From: Amoebophrya sp. A120
Lineage: Eukaryota; Protista; Dinoflagellata
DNA length: 64,000 nucleotides
NCBI GenBank assembly: GCA_905178155.1
Contig: CAJINV010000005.1
Span: 5,349,038-5,413,037 of the forward strand
Reading direction: 5' to 3'
Below, one piece after another: positions 25,440 through 38,859 of this stretch. The position numbers were made by a program, and so were the translations under genes. The notes under the pieces are model-generated. The model did no database searches. It saw nothing but the letters and a program-made list of their open reading frames with translations, and was not told the origin of the DNA. Numbering within the stretch: position 1 is the first letter of the stretch; each line of letters starts with the position of its first letter.

Positions 25440-28400
25440 ATGATGAAGAACGCTCAGCTGGTGAACCAGCACGACAAAGTAGGTGATGGCCATGAAGGTA
25501 GTCATCCTCATCACTGCAAGACCGAAGCTCCTGCTCCCTGCAGGAGCTCCTCAAGCAGCTCGTCCGAAGATTATACTCCGCCCGAAATTACCGACAACTA
25601 CGCCATCCAGCTTCCGCCCCTCGGTGCCGGGGCTTTTGCCAAGATTCTGCAAGCCACCTGCCGCAAAACCAGCGAGCCGCGGGCGCTGAAGCTGATGAAA
25701 CGGTCGAGCTACCAGAAGAGGCAGTTGGAATACCAAATCGACGTGGAGCTGGAGCTAGCGGAGCTGTGCGGGCGGAAGTGTAGCAACGTGATATCCGTTT
25801 TGGATATTTTCGATGACAGTGAAAATGTGGTGATGGCTATGACAGAGCACAGCTACAACTTCGCATTTCTCTCATTTTCTCATGCAAAACCCCAAGCCCA
25901 TGCCCAAATCCCAATCCCATCGGTACCTTGTGCTTGTAGCACTGTTCGCATGACGCCCAAACGATACTTCAACATTTTTCTCGTAAACTTGTCAAGCACA
26001 AGCTGCTCGTGGTGTGCGAGTGTTTGTATATGCAGTTAATGCCAGCATACAGATGAGGCGAGGGACGTTCAAGTTGTGCACTCTCATAACAGTGCTGCCG
26101 AAAGCGATTATCGACTTGCAGAAGGGAACACAGAAATTGCTGCACATGCGCGAGCAAAGGCAGATCCAAATGGAAGAGGAACGATTGCAGCTCCTGCAAC
26201 GAGGAACTGGTTGCGTCGGCACGGCAAGGAGCAGTAGAGAAAAGGCGGACTTGCACTGCGACGCCAGCGAGGCCGGGGCTGGGGGTGCAGCAGCTACTGC
26301 CGGGGGGCTGTTTTCCGCGAGGATGGCAGGTACTTATTTGTGGTTGATTCTGGTGCTGTAGCACGTGACTACGAGCAACCAACAGAGCAGAAAGTCAGAG
26401 CAGAGACCTGCACTTAGTCATGCAGACCGCGGAATACACTAGCACCAGCACGGCAGGAGTGCTACGATTTTTTCTATAAATTGGAACCCGATGCTGGATA
26501 TGTTGTGTAGCTGCTTGTGGAAGTCGTGACGGCGAAGCACATCATCGAAGAAGTGAGTAGCTATGTATTTTTCCACTAATATGACCTACGACAGGTGGCG
26601 GCGCTTCCCAGCCAACCACCTTCCCCCACCACCAGCGCAAGAGCGGCAACCTTTTCGGTGCGTCTGGTCGGACGACGTCTGCCTCTCACGCGCCCTCCTA
26701 TACCTCCAACTCTGCGCGAATAGATGAACAAAGAAACACGAAGAACTTCAAAGACCAATCTCACAAGCAGAAGCACTACCCCGTTTGGGGCGAAAAATTG
26801 AGCATTCACCTGTGGAAACAACTGTTAAACGCTGTAGCGTACATCCACGAGTGCGGGGTGATTCACCGAGACCTGAAGCCGGAAAACATTCTGCTGTCGT
26901 CGGTTGCAGGACGAAGAGGGACGGCTGCTGTCGGAGGGAACAACAAAAGTCGTCATCCTGATACTCCGCTATTTGGTACTTCTAGCAGCTCTAGCTCTTC
27001 ATCAACATCAAACTCGGGTAGTTCAAGTTCTTCATCCGCTACTACTAGTACTGCACGGACAACATCAAGTGGAGTGCTTGCTGGGACGAACAGAATTATA
27101 AACGCAGGCAAAGCACAACAAGGTGGTAGCTCTTTCACTATGCCAGGCACAACTACAGCTAGAACGTCGGAGCAGCACCCAAACGGAGAAAAAGACGATG
27201 AGGAGACGAGGTTTTTGAAAAAGTTTTTGAACATCAACGAGAACATTCATGTCGATGATGAAGATGAACTACATCACCACGATAACAATATCTTCGACGC
27301 GTTGATCCACGACGTCCACCTTGAAGTCGCAGACTTCGGCTGGTCGACGAAAATGCACAAGAACGTCGGCCGGGCGCTGGCGGTATCCTGTGCAAAAGTA
27401 TCGTACTCGCATAAATGCAAGTCTTGCATTTACAAATCTTTTTCTTAAGGTAGATCCGCATGACAAATTTTCTCTCTCATGCTGAGGAAATTTGTGATGC
27501 ATTTACTTATACGAGTACGATACTTTTACTTTTGCAGTTCATAGGCGGGCACGTACATCTACATGAGTCCGGAAATTCTAGACGGGCGGAAGCACTCGCC
27601 CCAGGCGGACCTGTGGGGAAGTGGCATGATCTTGTACTTCGTGCTCTTCGGAAAGCCGCTACTGGATCAAGGTACTATCTGCTTGATGCGCCTTTGGGAA
27701 ACAGAAACCTTCACTACAAGATCTTGACGGAATCACAATGCCTGACCCTAGAACTGAGTGCAAACCTGCACCTGCACAATTTTCTCCTGCTCGTTGCGTT
27801 AAGTATTTTGAATCCTCTTGCGCACGTTACCATGCCTGCTGCAAAATGCATCAACTTTCTTCATGACAGCCATTATTGGGCCCGGCGTGACGCAACTGAC
27901 GGCGCAAGAACCTGTGCGCTCGGCGCAATTTATCGGATAGAAAATGACTGTAGTGTAGTTGAGTCAAAATCTAAGTCATGTCATTTTGGTTTCATCCATA
28001 CTCTGTAGTCATTATTTCATCTTCGCTTCAGAGAAAAAATGCATAAGAGCAAAATGCTCCTGGTCCCGCTTATTATCGGAACGCGTTCTTCTTCATCTTG
28101 GTATCAACTATCAAGGGCTCTTGTTTATTTGACTCGACTACTTTTGCAATCCACACCCCTGCGGGCGCGAATCGTGCGGGAAAAAATCGATAGTGTGTGT
28201 CCGCTGAAGTATCCTTGCGAAATTCATTGACTTGTTGCAGGCTGTTCATGCAGAGGTGATTTGGAGTTCCTGTTTTGTGCCAGACAGCAAAACGTAAACA
28301 CAATTTTCAAGAGGTGAACTACTATGCCACGTTGTGCAGTCTTCCTTGCAAAAAGCCAGAAAATTTCGCTTCCATATCGGAGTTGAAGATAAGCCTGACT

Positions 28401-30445
28401 GGCTCGAGAGCTGGGATTTGTGGCTGCAGTTACGAGATTTGCTTTCCATCGTACCCGCGATTCGGCCAGATGCAAAGCGACTGTTGGAGCAGCAAATGGG
28501 TGGAGTTTGTCATGCGGATGCGGTTTCGCAGCATCAGCAGCAGCTGGACACCGGAACAACATCAGCTACCGGCGGACAAGTTCTTGTGAATAAAACGACG
28601 AAAAAAAATGGGCGCAGAGACAGCAGCACGGGGACTACAAGCGCAACCGCTTTGAGGATTACACCCAGAGGAAGCAAGAAGGACAATGGGATTGTGACCA
28701 AGAATAAAACGTCCTTGGGCTGCTCCCAGCTTCATAACAAGACAGCAAGTAGTACCGGGGGTGCGAAACGGAAATCAAACGCCTCCACGACGACCGGAAC
28801 TACGACAAAAGCAGCCGGGACAAGTACATCGTCGACTGGAGGTGATTCAGCGATAGAGCCTCATCATGCTCAGTACGGTTCCTACGGTAAAAGGAAAACA
28901 TCCACCCTCCAGCAAGGAACATCAAAGCACTCTTACGCGACTAGCAACTCGACGTCGACATGCAATGTACTTGGGAACTCCTTGGAGGCTGTTGACAATG
29001 ATACTGTTTCTATCGCTGAGACGAGTGACCACCACGACACAGAGCAAGAAGGAGCCGAGTTATCCTCCGACGAGCCGCCCGTTCCGGCACCCGAAAACTC
29101 CCGGATCATGCTGGGTATGCAGGATGACCTAAGCGACAATGAAGAAATACAACGCAGTATTGCTGGACGTCGAGAGGGTCTGAACGAAGACGAAGACCTC
29201 GAGGCCGCTGTGGGCTCGTCGTTGTTGTCAGCAACCGCCTCCTCCGCCTCTTCCACAGCCGTCTCTTCTCACCACTGGTCTCAAGCGTGGATGAGCAGCC
29301 GAGGAACAAACAATCACAACTCCAATAAGAACACTCTCGGTGCTGCTACGCAACAACAGAAACAGCACCAGCAAAAAACGCCTCCATCTCCGGTCGTGGC
29401 TGGAATGATCCCCACTTTGATGTACGACGATGAGTCGCAGACCATCGTGGAGGAAGATGCGAACTCGATCGACAAAACCCCCACGTCACAGCAACAGGTT
29501 GCGACGGGGTATGTCGTGTCCTCCGGTCGGGCGGAACTGGCGCCCCTGCAGTCGCGCAGCAGCGAAAAAGATCCTGCCCGCGAAGACTTTTCTGGGCCAC
29601 CAGCTGCAACTACAGATGAAGCTGGAAAATTGAACTACAGCACTACTTCCCAGTTGCCCCGCACCCGCGAAGTCTCAGCAACGGCCCCTGGATCCGTAGT
29701 CTCGGGTGCGAGACAGACGTCTGAGAACGAGGGAGCGCCAGTGGCTACCACTAGTACCGCGGCCGCACCATCCAGTGGCAGTGGTGCAGGGGAACTACAA
29801 TATCCAGCTGCTTTTCCCTCTCGACGTGGTGGCAACACATTAAAACAGACAAGTACTTCCAACCGTAACTCCCCGCGGTCGGAACAGCAGCAAAACCAGA
29901 ATTCGAGTTTGCTGTCGAATCACTCCAGCAGCAAGCGGAGGAAAAGCAGGCGAACCAGCAGCGCAAGTTGCACGAATTTGAATAGTGCTGCGGGGAACAG
30001 CACCAGTGTGGGAGCAACTCCAAGTGGAACCACCGCAACTCGTACAGCAGCGCAGGAGAAGACAAGTCTCCTGAACGGGCGGCGAAGTGAAGCGAATTTG
30101 CACGCGTTATTATCGAGAAATGGTCACGCTGCTCCTGGAGCCGCAAGGGGAAATAAAGAGAGCGAGGACGTGTGTGCAGAAGAAAATCAGTCGGACGAAG
30201 ATGTGCGGCGGGAAATCTCAACAAGTACTAGAATGACGAAGAGCACCGAAGGTGGAAATCAGTACCACAAGCACGGCGCTTTCAACAAAGAGAACGCAGC
30301 TTCTAATTTCGGCAGTAGCGGTACCAGCGCAACTACTGCGAGGAGTTGGAGTGCTCTGTCAACCCGAAACACAAACAGTACGACAAATCTCTTTCTCCAG
30401 TTGGACCCGCAGGCGAGGCTGCAGCGAGTCGGGGCGCCGGGCTGA
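25440..30445 (+). CDS. Ser/Thr protein kinase, Aurora-like, with large inserts and long low-complexity C-terminus
   Basis: LGAGAFAKI, RALK, IHRDLKPENIL, ADFGWS, GTYIYMSPE, ADLWGSG; two TIR elements plus probable GT-AG introns (e.g. 26330-26723); exons in 27670-28340 not resolved. Confidence 0.8.
25838..26088. mobile_element. Degenerate TIR intron element F1
   Basis: tatgacagagcacagct / agttgtgcactctcata; DR eroded atggc/acagt; joins VVM-VLPK. Confidence 0.75.
27384..27543. mobile_element. TIR intron element F2 in kinase activation loop
   Basis: DR ggcgg/ggcgg; joins LA-GTYIYMSPE. Confidence 0.92.
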
Positions 30446-31558
30446 GAGGAAAAGGAGAATTTTGGACGAAAAAGAAGAATGACTATGACATATCATGGCT
30501 TCCAGTTGTATGAATAAGAAAAGAAAGAGCTGTGAGTGTGACTTGCAATAGGAAGATGGGAAAGCTTTTACGCTGTCGTCACTTGAGAATGTGTGTTTTT
30601 TTCAAAGAAAATTCTCCGTCTGGATTTTGTGAGCGTGCTAGCTGCGCAGCCGGAGGACACTATGTATCTGCTTCGCTGCAACTCGTGCAGTACATCATAC
30701 AAGTACTAGAGAGTCGAAAAGATGACCTGGTATTGATGGTCCAAGCACAACTGCGTCTCATCTAAACATAGACTGCTTCTCCTTCGGTTCTATTGCCCTT
30801 TGCGATCGCCACCGTGAGATGTGATGTTCACGTTGTCCAGCTTTGGTTTGATTTCGTGGCTTCTTGTATCTATTCCTCGTCAGCGAAACAAGCTTTTTTC
30901 GTCGGTCTACTTTTCACAGCCGCTCGTTGTGCCCCTGCTTCAAGATTTCATTAGTCGGTCGCTCACATCAATGATTCGTATTCGTACACTATATGTGATG
31001 ATTCGGTTGCTCCTTTGCTTTTCGTACACTGGAGTCGGCTGCTTTCGTACACCGCATTCAATATTGGTTTATTGCGCTTTCGGTTTCGTGCGTTTAATTG
31101 TACCGGGGGCGACGTTCTTCCTCATGCCGCTGGAACGCCTGGCTGGCTCTATGGTTTTGCTCCATAGAAGATTTTTTCGTTGTCGTGCTGGTCGTGCAGC
31201 CCCGAACGTACAACGAGGAGGACGCGGATTCTCATATTTTCGTCCTTGTCGCGCAATTCAAAAAACTCTTTTTATTATTTTCAGGTTTTGACCACACGAA
31301 AACCCAAAAACTAAAACTCAACTTTAAACGAAAAAAAAAAATTTTTGGCTGTCCCCACAACGCAAAACTTTTCTTGAAATACTTAGAGAACATTGCGAAG
31401 AAACAAGAAATCCTATTCGGCTTCTGAGAGGAAGAAGAACGAAGAACACAACTTCTACCGCTGGTAAAAGCACGACTTCAACATCGGGAAACCACCACAG
31501 TACATATCTCTCTCCCGAACAAGCACCAGCCACTGGAGCCCTACAACGACACGCCATC

Positions 31559-34500
31559 ATGCTGTACTTGTACTTTCGCCACCTCTACTCCCCGCGCGGA
31601 GGCGGAAGAGCGCCCCTGCGCTGGGTTTCCGTATCTCTCCTGTTTCTGGACGAACTGCTGAACAACCGGGCCTGCGCCTTCGCCCTTGACACGACAAAAA
31701 AACGGATCAAGCGTGTATCACTTTCAAAAAAACTACCTGCTCCACAGCGACCACGCCGAGTCGTGCGCAGTACATGATTGGCATATTAAGTACATTAGCT
31801 TTTGGCTCCTGGTGAAATAAACGTGTTTTTGTAACGTCGAAGCAGATCGTGGTGCTGGAGCACGGAAGGATAGCTGCAAAGCAGTAAAAATATATCTGCA
31901 AAAGCAAAAGGAGCGCGCAGGCCGCACGTAGGGCTCTTGTTGGCTTTATACCTTCAGAACAGCATGCATTTTCACCACCGTGTCATCTTCGTTCCACTCC
32001 TTGATGAATCAGGCCTGCTTTCTTGGTACGGCAAGAATTATTGGCACTTGCAAAAGAACCGATTGGAGTCTGGGTATTTTTGGTTTGCATAGTGCAATCG
32101 GTACAAGTTTATGGCGCCGAATGAGCCGCTCGACGAAAACGAATTGGAGGCACAAGGAAACGAAGCCGATGCGGGCAACTCGCAGCGCGGCGACGCCGAC
32201 GCGGCTGGACCAGGAGCTGCCGCCGCCGCTTTGTCATCGCCTCTTGCCGACGAGGAAGATAGAACAAAATCGAAAGGCGCCTCCTTTCTGCAAAAGGCAG
32301 ACCCACATTTGGTGGAAGAAGGCGCGTCTTTTTTGGAACAGCTCTGGAGTCATGGTATCGGAGTAAAAATGAGAAAATTGTGCTAGTAGTATGTCGTAGA
32401 TCATGATTATGGTTTGATGCCTTCTTTTTTTTGCAGCAGCCAGAGCTGCGTCGATGTAAATTCACAGCTGCGTGTTTTATACTACGTACCTCTGATACTG
32501 CAACTGCAACTCTTTACTCTAGAGAAGTAGACGAGAGGCAAGCTGGAATTTCGTTTTCGGCCCTACTGAGACGAACAGGAGACGATTGTTGCTGTTCATC
32601 ACTTGTAGCGGTCATCCCCCGTAATTCACCTTGTCACAAGTAGAAATACAAATAGTTAGCCCCGATGTCGAGTACGAGTCAGTTATGCTGTCGTAAATGA
32701 ATTACAATTACTACAGCTACGCTCGGAGCGGACCTGCAGTTCCCCGATTGGATGTACTTACCGGATCCGGAATCGATCGTCTACTACAATGGCAACCAGG
32801 AGAAGCAAGCGCAGAATGGAAGTACTGATATGCCATGGAAAGCAATGCTTCAGTTGTTTCAGTCATGTTGTTTCGTGTTGCATGGCTTTCTGCAGACAGA
32901 GATAATTTCATCAAGCGACGTTTTGATTCTTCAAGTATCTCATCGCTTTTGCTATTGGTGAAGAGACAACATGACAGTAGTTTTTTTGCATTATGTGATC
33001 GTTCAGAAAGCTGAAGAGAGCTAAACGTAATTATGAAATTGCAACAAACAACGAAAAATTGCTTTTCGTTGTATACGTAGAGATGAAGGCGCTTGGCATT
33101 GGCTACAAAATTTTAGCGCAATGACCGACACGTTGATGGATACGCTTCAAGGTGAACACGTGGCAGTTGTTCAGACAGCCGAAGAAGTGAAAGGTGGCGG
33201 AAGTAGTGCATATGAAAATGATCATAAAACAATCCGGAGTCTTTCTCGGGCCACTAACACTATCAGCGGCACTCCCAAGAAGGAAGCTTTGGGCGCGACC
33301 TCCTTTCTCGAGGCGGTCACAGGTACACCAGAGTCGAACATTGCTGATGACGGAAAAAGCGGTCCAGAAACACATGAAGCTGATGAAGATCACGTTCAGG
33401 ATCGTCTTGCTGATGATCAGGAGGAGGATCATGAGCAGAGCAAGCTGAAGGGCGTGTCACAGTCAATGAGCGGGGAAGGTCCTCCGGATGACGTGGGCGA
33501 GCACGAGAGAGACGTGCATGGTGATACTAAAACATCAGCTCCTGCAGCACTTGCAGGCAATATACTTCCTGGAGCGACGAGCAGCTCGAAATCGCCAAAA
33601 CCAAGATCCCATATCGACCCTGACTCCCAGTTCTACGGGCGTCCGCAAGTTTTCTCGGACGAGCCCGCAAGCACAGAGACGGACAAATCCCTGCAGCCGT
33701 CCGATTTTTCTGTCGTTGTCGTCAACCCGAACCCATTTCAACCGGAGTTATTACCGACCAGGCTGTACAATGCAGAGGCCAGATTCGAAATTGACGGTTA
33801 CGTCAATCGGGCCACGACAGCGGGAAATTTTCACTTTGAAGGGGACGAGACCCCGGCTCATGTTGCAAAAAAACACAAGTGTATATGTGCAGGTGTAGTG
33901 CCGATACGATTGGAAAAAAACGAATCCGAGAATTAGTGGCTGCTTTGCAACTGTGCCTGTTTTGCCGCTGGTGATGTTTCGGTGTTGCTTTAGCTTTTTA
34001 CCATTAAGATCTATATGTTTGTCTTTGTACATGTGTTATGTTTTTCTTCGTACATGCTAATAAATCTTCCTGCAATTATAATATGTAGTTGATTGCATTG
34101 ATGTTTGCTGATGGTGATGGATTGTGCCGTCGTGCTCTTCTTGCAGTGAGCAAAGCGAATTTTTGCTTTTGCACGTCGTCAAACAGCCTCTTTATCCTCG
34201 TTTCATACTATCACGCGCCAGGAGCAGGAAAGAATCAGCGCTGGTCAAGCTCAAGGATAAAGTCGCAGGAGGGGAAAGAGGGTGCAACCGCGGGTGCCAC
34301 CGAGAAGCTTTTGGATTACAAAATCGTGCGCAATGGAGAGGAAAAAGCCACTGACGATTTTGTTTTTGATGTATTCGATGATGTTGACAAGCTCGTAGAT
34401 GCAAGGTACAAGAAACCTTACGAAAATGGATACTTCAATGCTGGACATTATTCTGATCGCGCCACGGCCGAAACGAAGGTTGTAACTGTGAGTAGACAGA

Positions 34501-35234
34501 GGCATACAAAAAACAAGCGCGGCTGCCATCATTGGGACCTTACGAAAAAGACACACGAACCACTCACCAATTGGATTCAAGGATTCGGCCAAGAAAACGT
34601 GGCGCCCGGCAAAACGTACTTTTTGCTGAGCACGAACAATATCGAGTCTTCTTCAAGACCACGCGTCATACAGTTTCACGAACACTTTTCTAGCCAAGGT
34701 GAGCAGAAAAGAGAGGAGCCTGCGTCTCCGTCAAACGGGAATGAAGATGCAGGTGAGCTATACCTCGTCTCGCTGCAGCACATGGGAGGGCGTCGGAAAC
34801 CGCTAGACCGCGACAAAAACGAGGATTTTCATGTCGTTGATGATTACACGAAAAAGTTCCACCGTGTCGCCTGGGCGTTCCCAGCACCGTGCCCGGAAAT
34901 TCCGCTGAACAAGCCGTGTCAACTGCAAGAATTCTCCGAGGATGGTTTCGTTCCTGAAGTCTTTTACGATTTTGACCAGCCTGCAGTTGCGGTCGAGAGA
35001 TCAGAGCTAGTGCTTCATGAGCACGCAACGATGTCGCCGGCGAAGAAGCCAGTCTCGGAGGAGGCGACGAAGGGCTCACGCAGTGGCGGCGAGAACGAAA
35101 GGGGTTTGCCGAAGAAGAGCGAATTGCTGCAGATACAGATGCAGCAACAGGGGTTGGCATCTGTAGCCGAGAGAAAGAAAAATGAGTGGAAAAACTGGAT
35201 TTCCTCTTTGCCCGCCTCACTCGGAAGTTCTTGA
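31559..35234 (+). CDS. Hypothetical, possibly secreted protein(s); exon structure unresolved
   Basis: Coding-like ORF blocks 31559, 32111, 33121 and 34089 separated by AT-rich intron-like gaps; acidic segments with SFLQ/SFLE; no TIR elements. Confidence 0.4.
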
Positions 35235-36187
35235 ATAGTCGCTGTGCTTTTGAGTTCTTTTAGGCTCCAGGAGGCAACGAGGGTACAGAATGATCAGAGC
35301 GCGGAGGTTTTTTGTCTCGCTGCTGCTGGGGCGAAAATCTAAATCGTCGTTGTAGCAACTAGCTTAGTAAGGTAGCGCAATAAAAACTACAAAGGCAACA
35401 TCAAATGTTCATTCGCATGATGAGTATTCCCTTCGTGTGTAAAAGTTTTTGATGTGTCACTTCTTCCCCCAGTGAAGCAACACTTACAAGCCCAAGTATT
35501 GCTTTATTTGTTTTTCTGTTTTGTTACTTATGTTTTCATGTACAATTCCAATTCGAATTCTGGAGGAGAAGCCAGACCCAGAGCCACAGTCAGCTTTCAG
35601 AAGCTGTGCTTTCTCTTCGCCGGTCCAACCTGGAACAGCTTCTGTGGCTTGAGCCTGGGAGCACACGAAGTCCGCGCGTTCCCAGGTGCAGATGAATGAA
35701 AACCGATTCGCAAACCATCACTATCCGCATTGACTGTTATTTTATCTATTTTATCTTGATCTTCGTTGTTCTTTCTTTATTTTTATCTAATTGCGATTTT
35801 TTTATATTTAATACTTTTTCTTTTTTGTTTTCCTTTGTGCTCCCGAAGCCGAAACCCAATCAAGCGGCATTCACGATCACGCGTTCTTTGTGTTTGAAAA
35901 AAGAGACGAGAAAGTGAACACATGCACAAAATTAAAAAAACTCAAAATAAGTAAACCAAACGCACGCCCCCGTGAGTTAAGCTTTCGCTTCCCGCCAAGT
36001 CAGCAGTGCCGTATTTAATCGTTCCCAGTTCTTCAAACCCTCCTTTTTGAAGTCCTCGTCGAATGCACACATAAAAAATTATAATATAAACATCAAAAAA
36101 AAAAGACAACCTCAACCAACAACATCCGCGGAGGATGATCCGCTTTCGGAAGCCGGAGAGGCCTAAGGCCGCAAGACTACGGCAGAC

Positions 36188-38263
36188 TTGAAGTGTTCCC
36201 CCGTCGTATTCATTATTTTATTGCGCGCCCCATTATTATCGCACCATAAGGAGCAGAACCAGGTCCGGGAGGAGAAGAGGCAAGAGAAACGCTTGTCGAC
36301 CTTTCGCTTTATTTTCAAGCGGCTGCTCAGCGAGCCACAGGGCCAGCTACTGCAAACGGCTGGAGCAATGTGGCCTGGAGATTACGGAGCGAGAGCGTGG
36401 TAGCCATGCCTTTGCCTTGCGGATTGTTTTGTGCATTTCTGTCTTCCGATCAAAGAGGAGAGTGAGAATGAATGCCCGGCGGCGTCGTATCTGAAAGCAG
36501 GCAGAAGCAATGTAAGGACTTCTGCCGGCTCGGGAAGTAGAAGAGCAAGTAGATGACTTAGAAAACCAAAAAACTCGACACGAAAATTATTAGAGATCAT
36601 GAGAAGGCGCATCTAGTTGTAGCTAAAGGAAAAGTTGCAAAGTAAGGCGATTTTCATCTCCATTTTCTTTAGCTACGAGACGGACCTCCTCGCTCAGCGT
36701 CATCTTCCAGCATCCAAAAATGAAAATTGTTGCACAAGCAGTAAAAAAGCTGGATGTGTAACGTGTAAGTTGTGGTGTGTTGTTTGATGTCCTTCTACCA
36801 GATCATGAACATGCCAACAATGTCCACGGTCACAACCCTGAAAACCCCCCGCATGCTGGAGCTGGAGGGGTTGTTCGAGGAGTTGCAGTTGGAGCGCGCA
36901 CGATTAGGCGATTTAGTAGACCAATACGATCAGTACCGTATCAGCAAGAGAAACAGTGCATTGCCATTGCGAAACGAACGGAATTGCAAGTCGGTCATGC
37001 ATTGTCATTATCAGACACAATACAAAGACAAACATGGCCATGGGGATGGAGATACCACTTTACTTACTTGCAGCTGCAGCAGCATTTCTACACATCCGCA
37101 CTCCGTGTTGAGCTTGAGTGGCAAGCGCTTTTCCATTGCATACACTAGTTGGACCGCGCGACCAAACCCGCAAGTAGCAGTACTGCATCTTCCAGTGGCA
37201 CAACCAGTTGTTCTGGATTGAACGAGATGAACAATGAAGGGCCACATGATGTTGACCAGGAGGATCTGCTGCAGAATTCTGGTGCCGCCAATCATGCTAA
37301 CCTCCATGAAAATGACAGTGCCATGCATGCAATACAACAAGACTTTTGCATTACAAATCTGCTGGCTTCTGGCCGCTTTATTCCTTCTCAACGAGCACCG
37401 CAGCAGTGTGACTACGACTTCTCATGCGTGCTTTTCTAGATAGAAGTAGTATGAGTACGACGCAACTGTCCTGTTTACGTTCCATAAGTTGCGCGGAACC
37501 AACTACAACAAACACTCCACCATCTTCCTCCACATCCGCCATGAAAATCGACTCCCTGATCCAGGGCGTCGCCGAAGTTTTTCAGGACATAGTGGAAAGC
37601 GTCATGGTATCCTGTGCAAAAGTATCGTACTCGTATTGCAAGCATGCATTACAAATTTTTATCCTAAGGCATATCCGCATTACAAATTTTATGTCTCATG
37701 CTGAGGAAATTTGTAATGCATTTATACGAGTACGATGCTTTTGCATTGCATACATGGTGGACCCGATTGTTTCCGCGGTTGTTCGGAAGAACAAAAACGT
37801 GGGCGTGAAGACGACAAGTGCACCAAGTGGCTCCTGTTCATCATCCTCTACTGCTGGTGTTGCAGCTGCCGCATCTTCCACCACGACAAATAAACATGGT
37901 GGCAGAGCTTCCTCCTCTACAACCACTGCGTCTGTGCAATTCCGGGATTCGGTTTCCGTCGTGGGCGGCGTGGAACAGCAGTTGATTTTGGAATTGGAAG
38001 CCTTGAAAAGGTTGGCGAGCGGTGGAAGAAGTAGTTGTAGACCGGAGGACTACGACGATGTGCACGGTGCTGCAAATGATGACGATCACGACGAAGTTGT
38101 GGCTTCTGATGAACAAGAAAATAATTTCGCAAATTTTTCCAGCAACGCAACCATGTTGAAAAGACAGCAAGAAATTGAGCGGATTCTGCGGATTGCGCGG
38201 ATCGGTGTCGGGGGAACCCGGAGGTTTTTGGCCCGGGGAGAGGGGGAGATGGAAGTGGAGTGA
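36188..38263 (+). CDS. Hypothetical protein with coiled-coil segments; boundaries uncertain
   Basis: ORF blocks 36188, 36772, 37149 and 37424; one TIR element at 37608. Confidence 0.4.
37608..37752. mobile_element. TIR intron element F2
   Basis: DR catgg/catgg; in frame and stop-free. Confidence 0.9.
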
Positions 38264-38859
38264 TGAAGGAGATACAGAGAGGCTTTTGGGAAAAGTGATA
38301 AGACATAAAAACGTTTTTGAGATAAACAAGGTGGATCAGGAACGAATTCTGAAAAAAATCTGCATAATCAGAGAACCGCATCAGACCAGCCAGAGGGCTT
38401 GAGGAGCGCAGGTTTCAGTAGTGTGAAAGAAATAACAATAAGAAAAAACCGCCCCAGTGACAGTGAGGTGTACGTGTGCCCCTCAAACGGAGAAGATTCG
38501 TCTGCAGCATCTTGTCGTGGTGTTTTTCCGTCGTGTTCCTCTTTCTCTAGTAAAGAAGGGTAAAGAGACGGAGACTTCTTGCTTCTTCCGTTTGTGTTGA
38601 GAGAATACCTAAAGTCAGAAATCTATCTTTTGCGTGCGCAAGAAGTTTCTCTGCTCCACTCAGATCACGACTGTACGACGAGCGAGATCCACGAAGCCCG
38701 GTCTCGTGTGAGCAGAGGACCATCTTTAGCACACGACGCGGACTTCTTTCGTTCACGTCGACATCTTGCTGTGAGCAAGATCTCAGAATAAATTTTTGTC
38801 CTTCTTCTACCAATTTTCTTTTAGTTGATCCCCAACTAGTACACACGGAAAAAACCATT

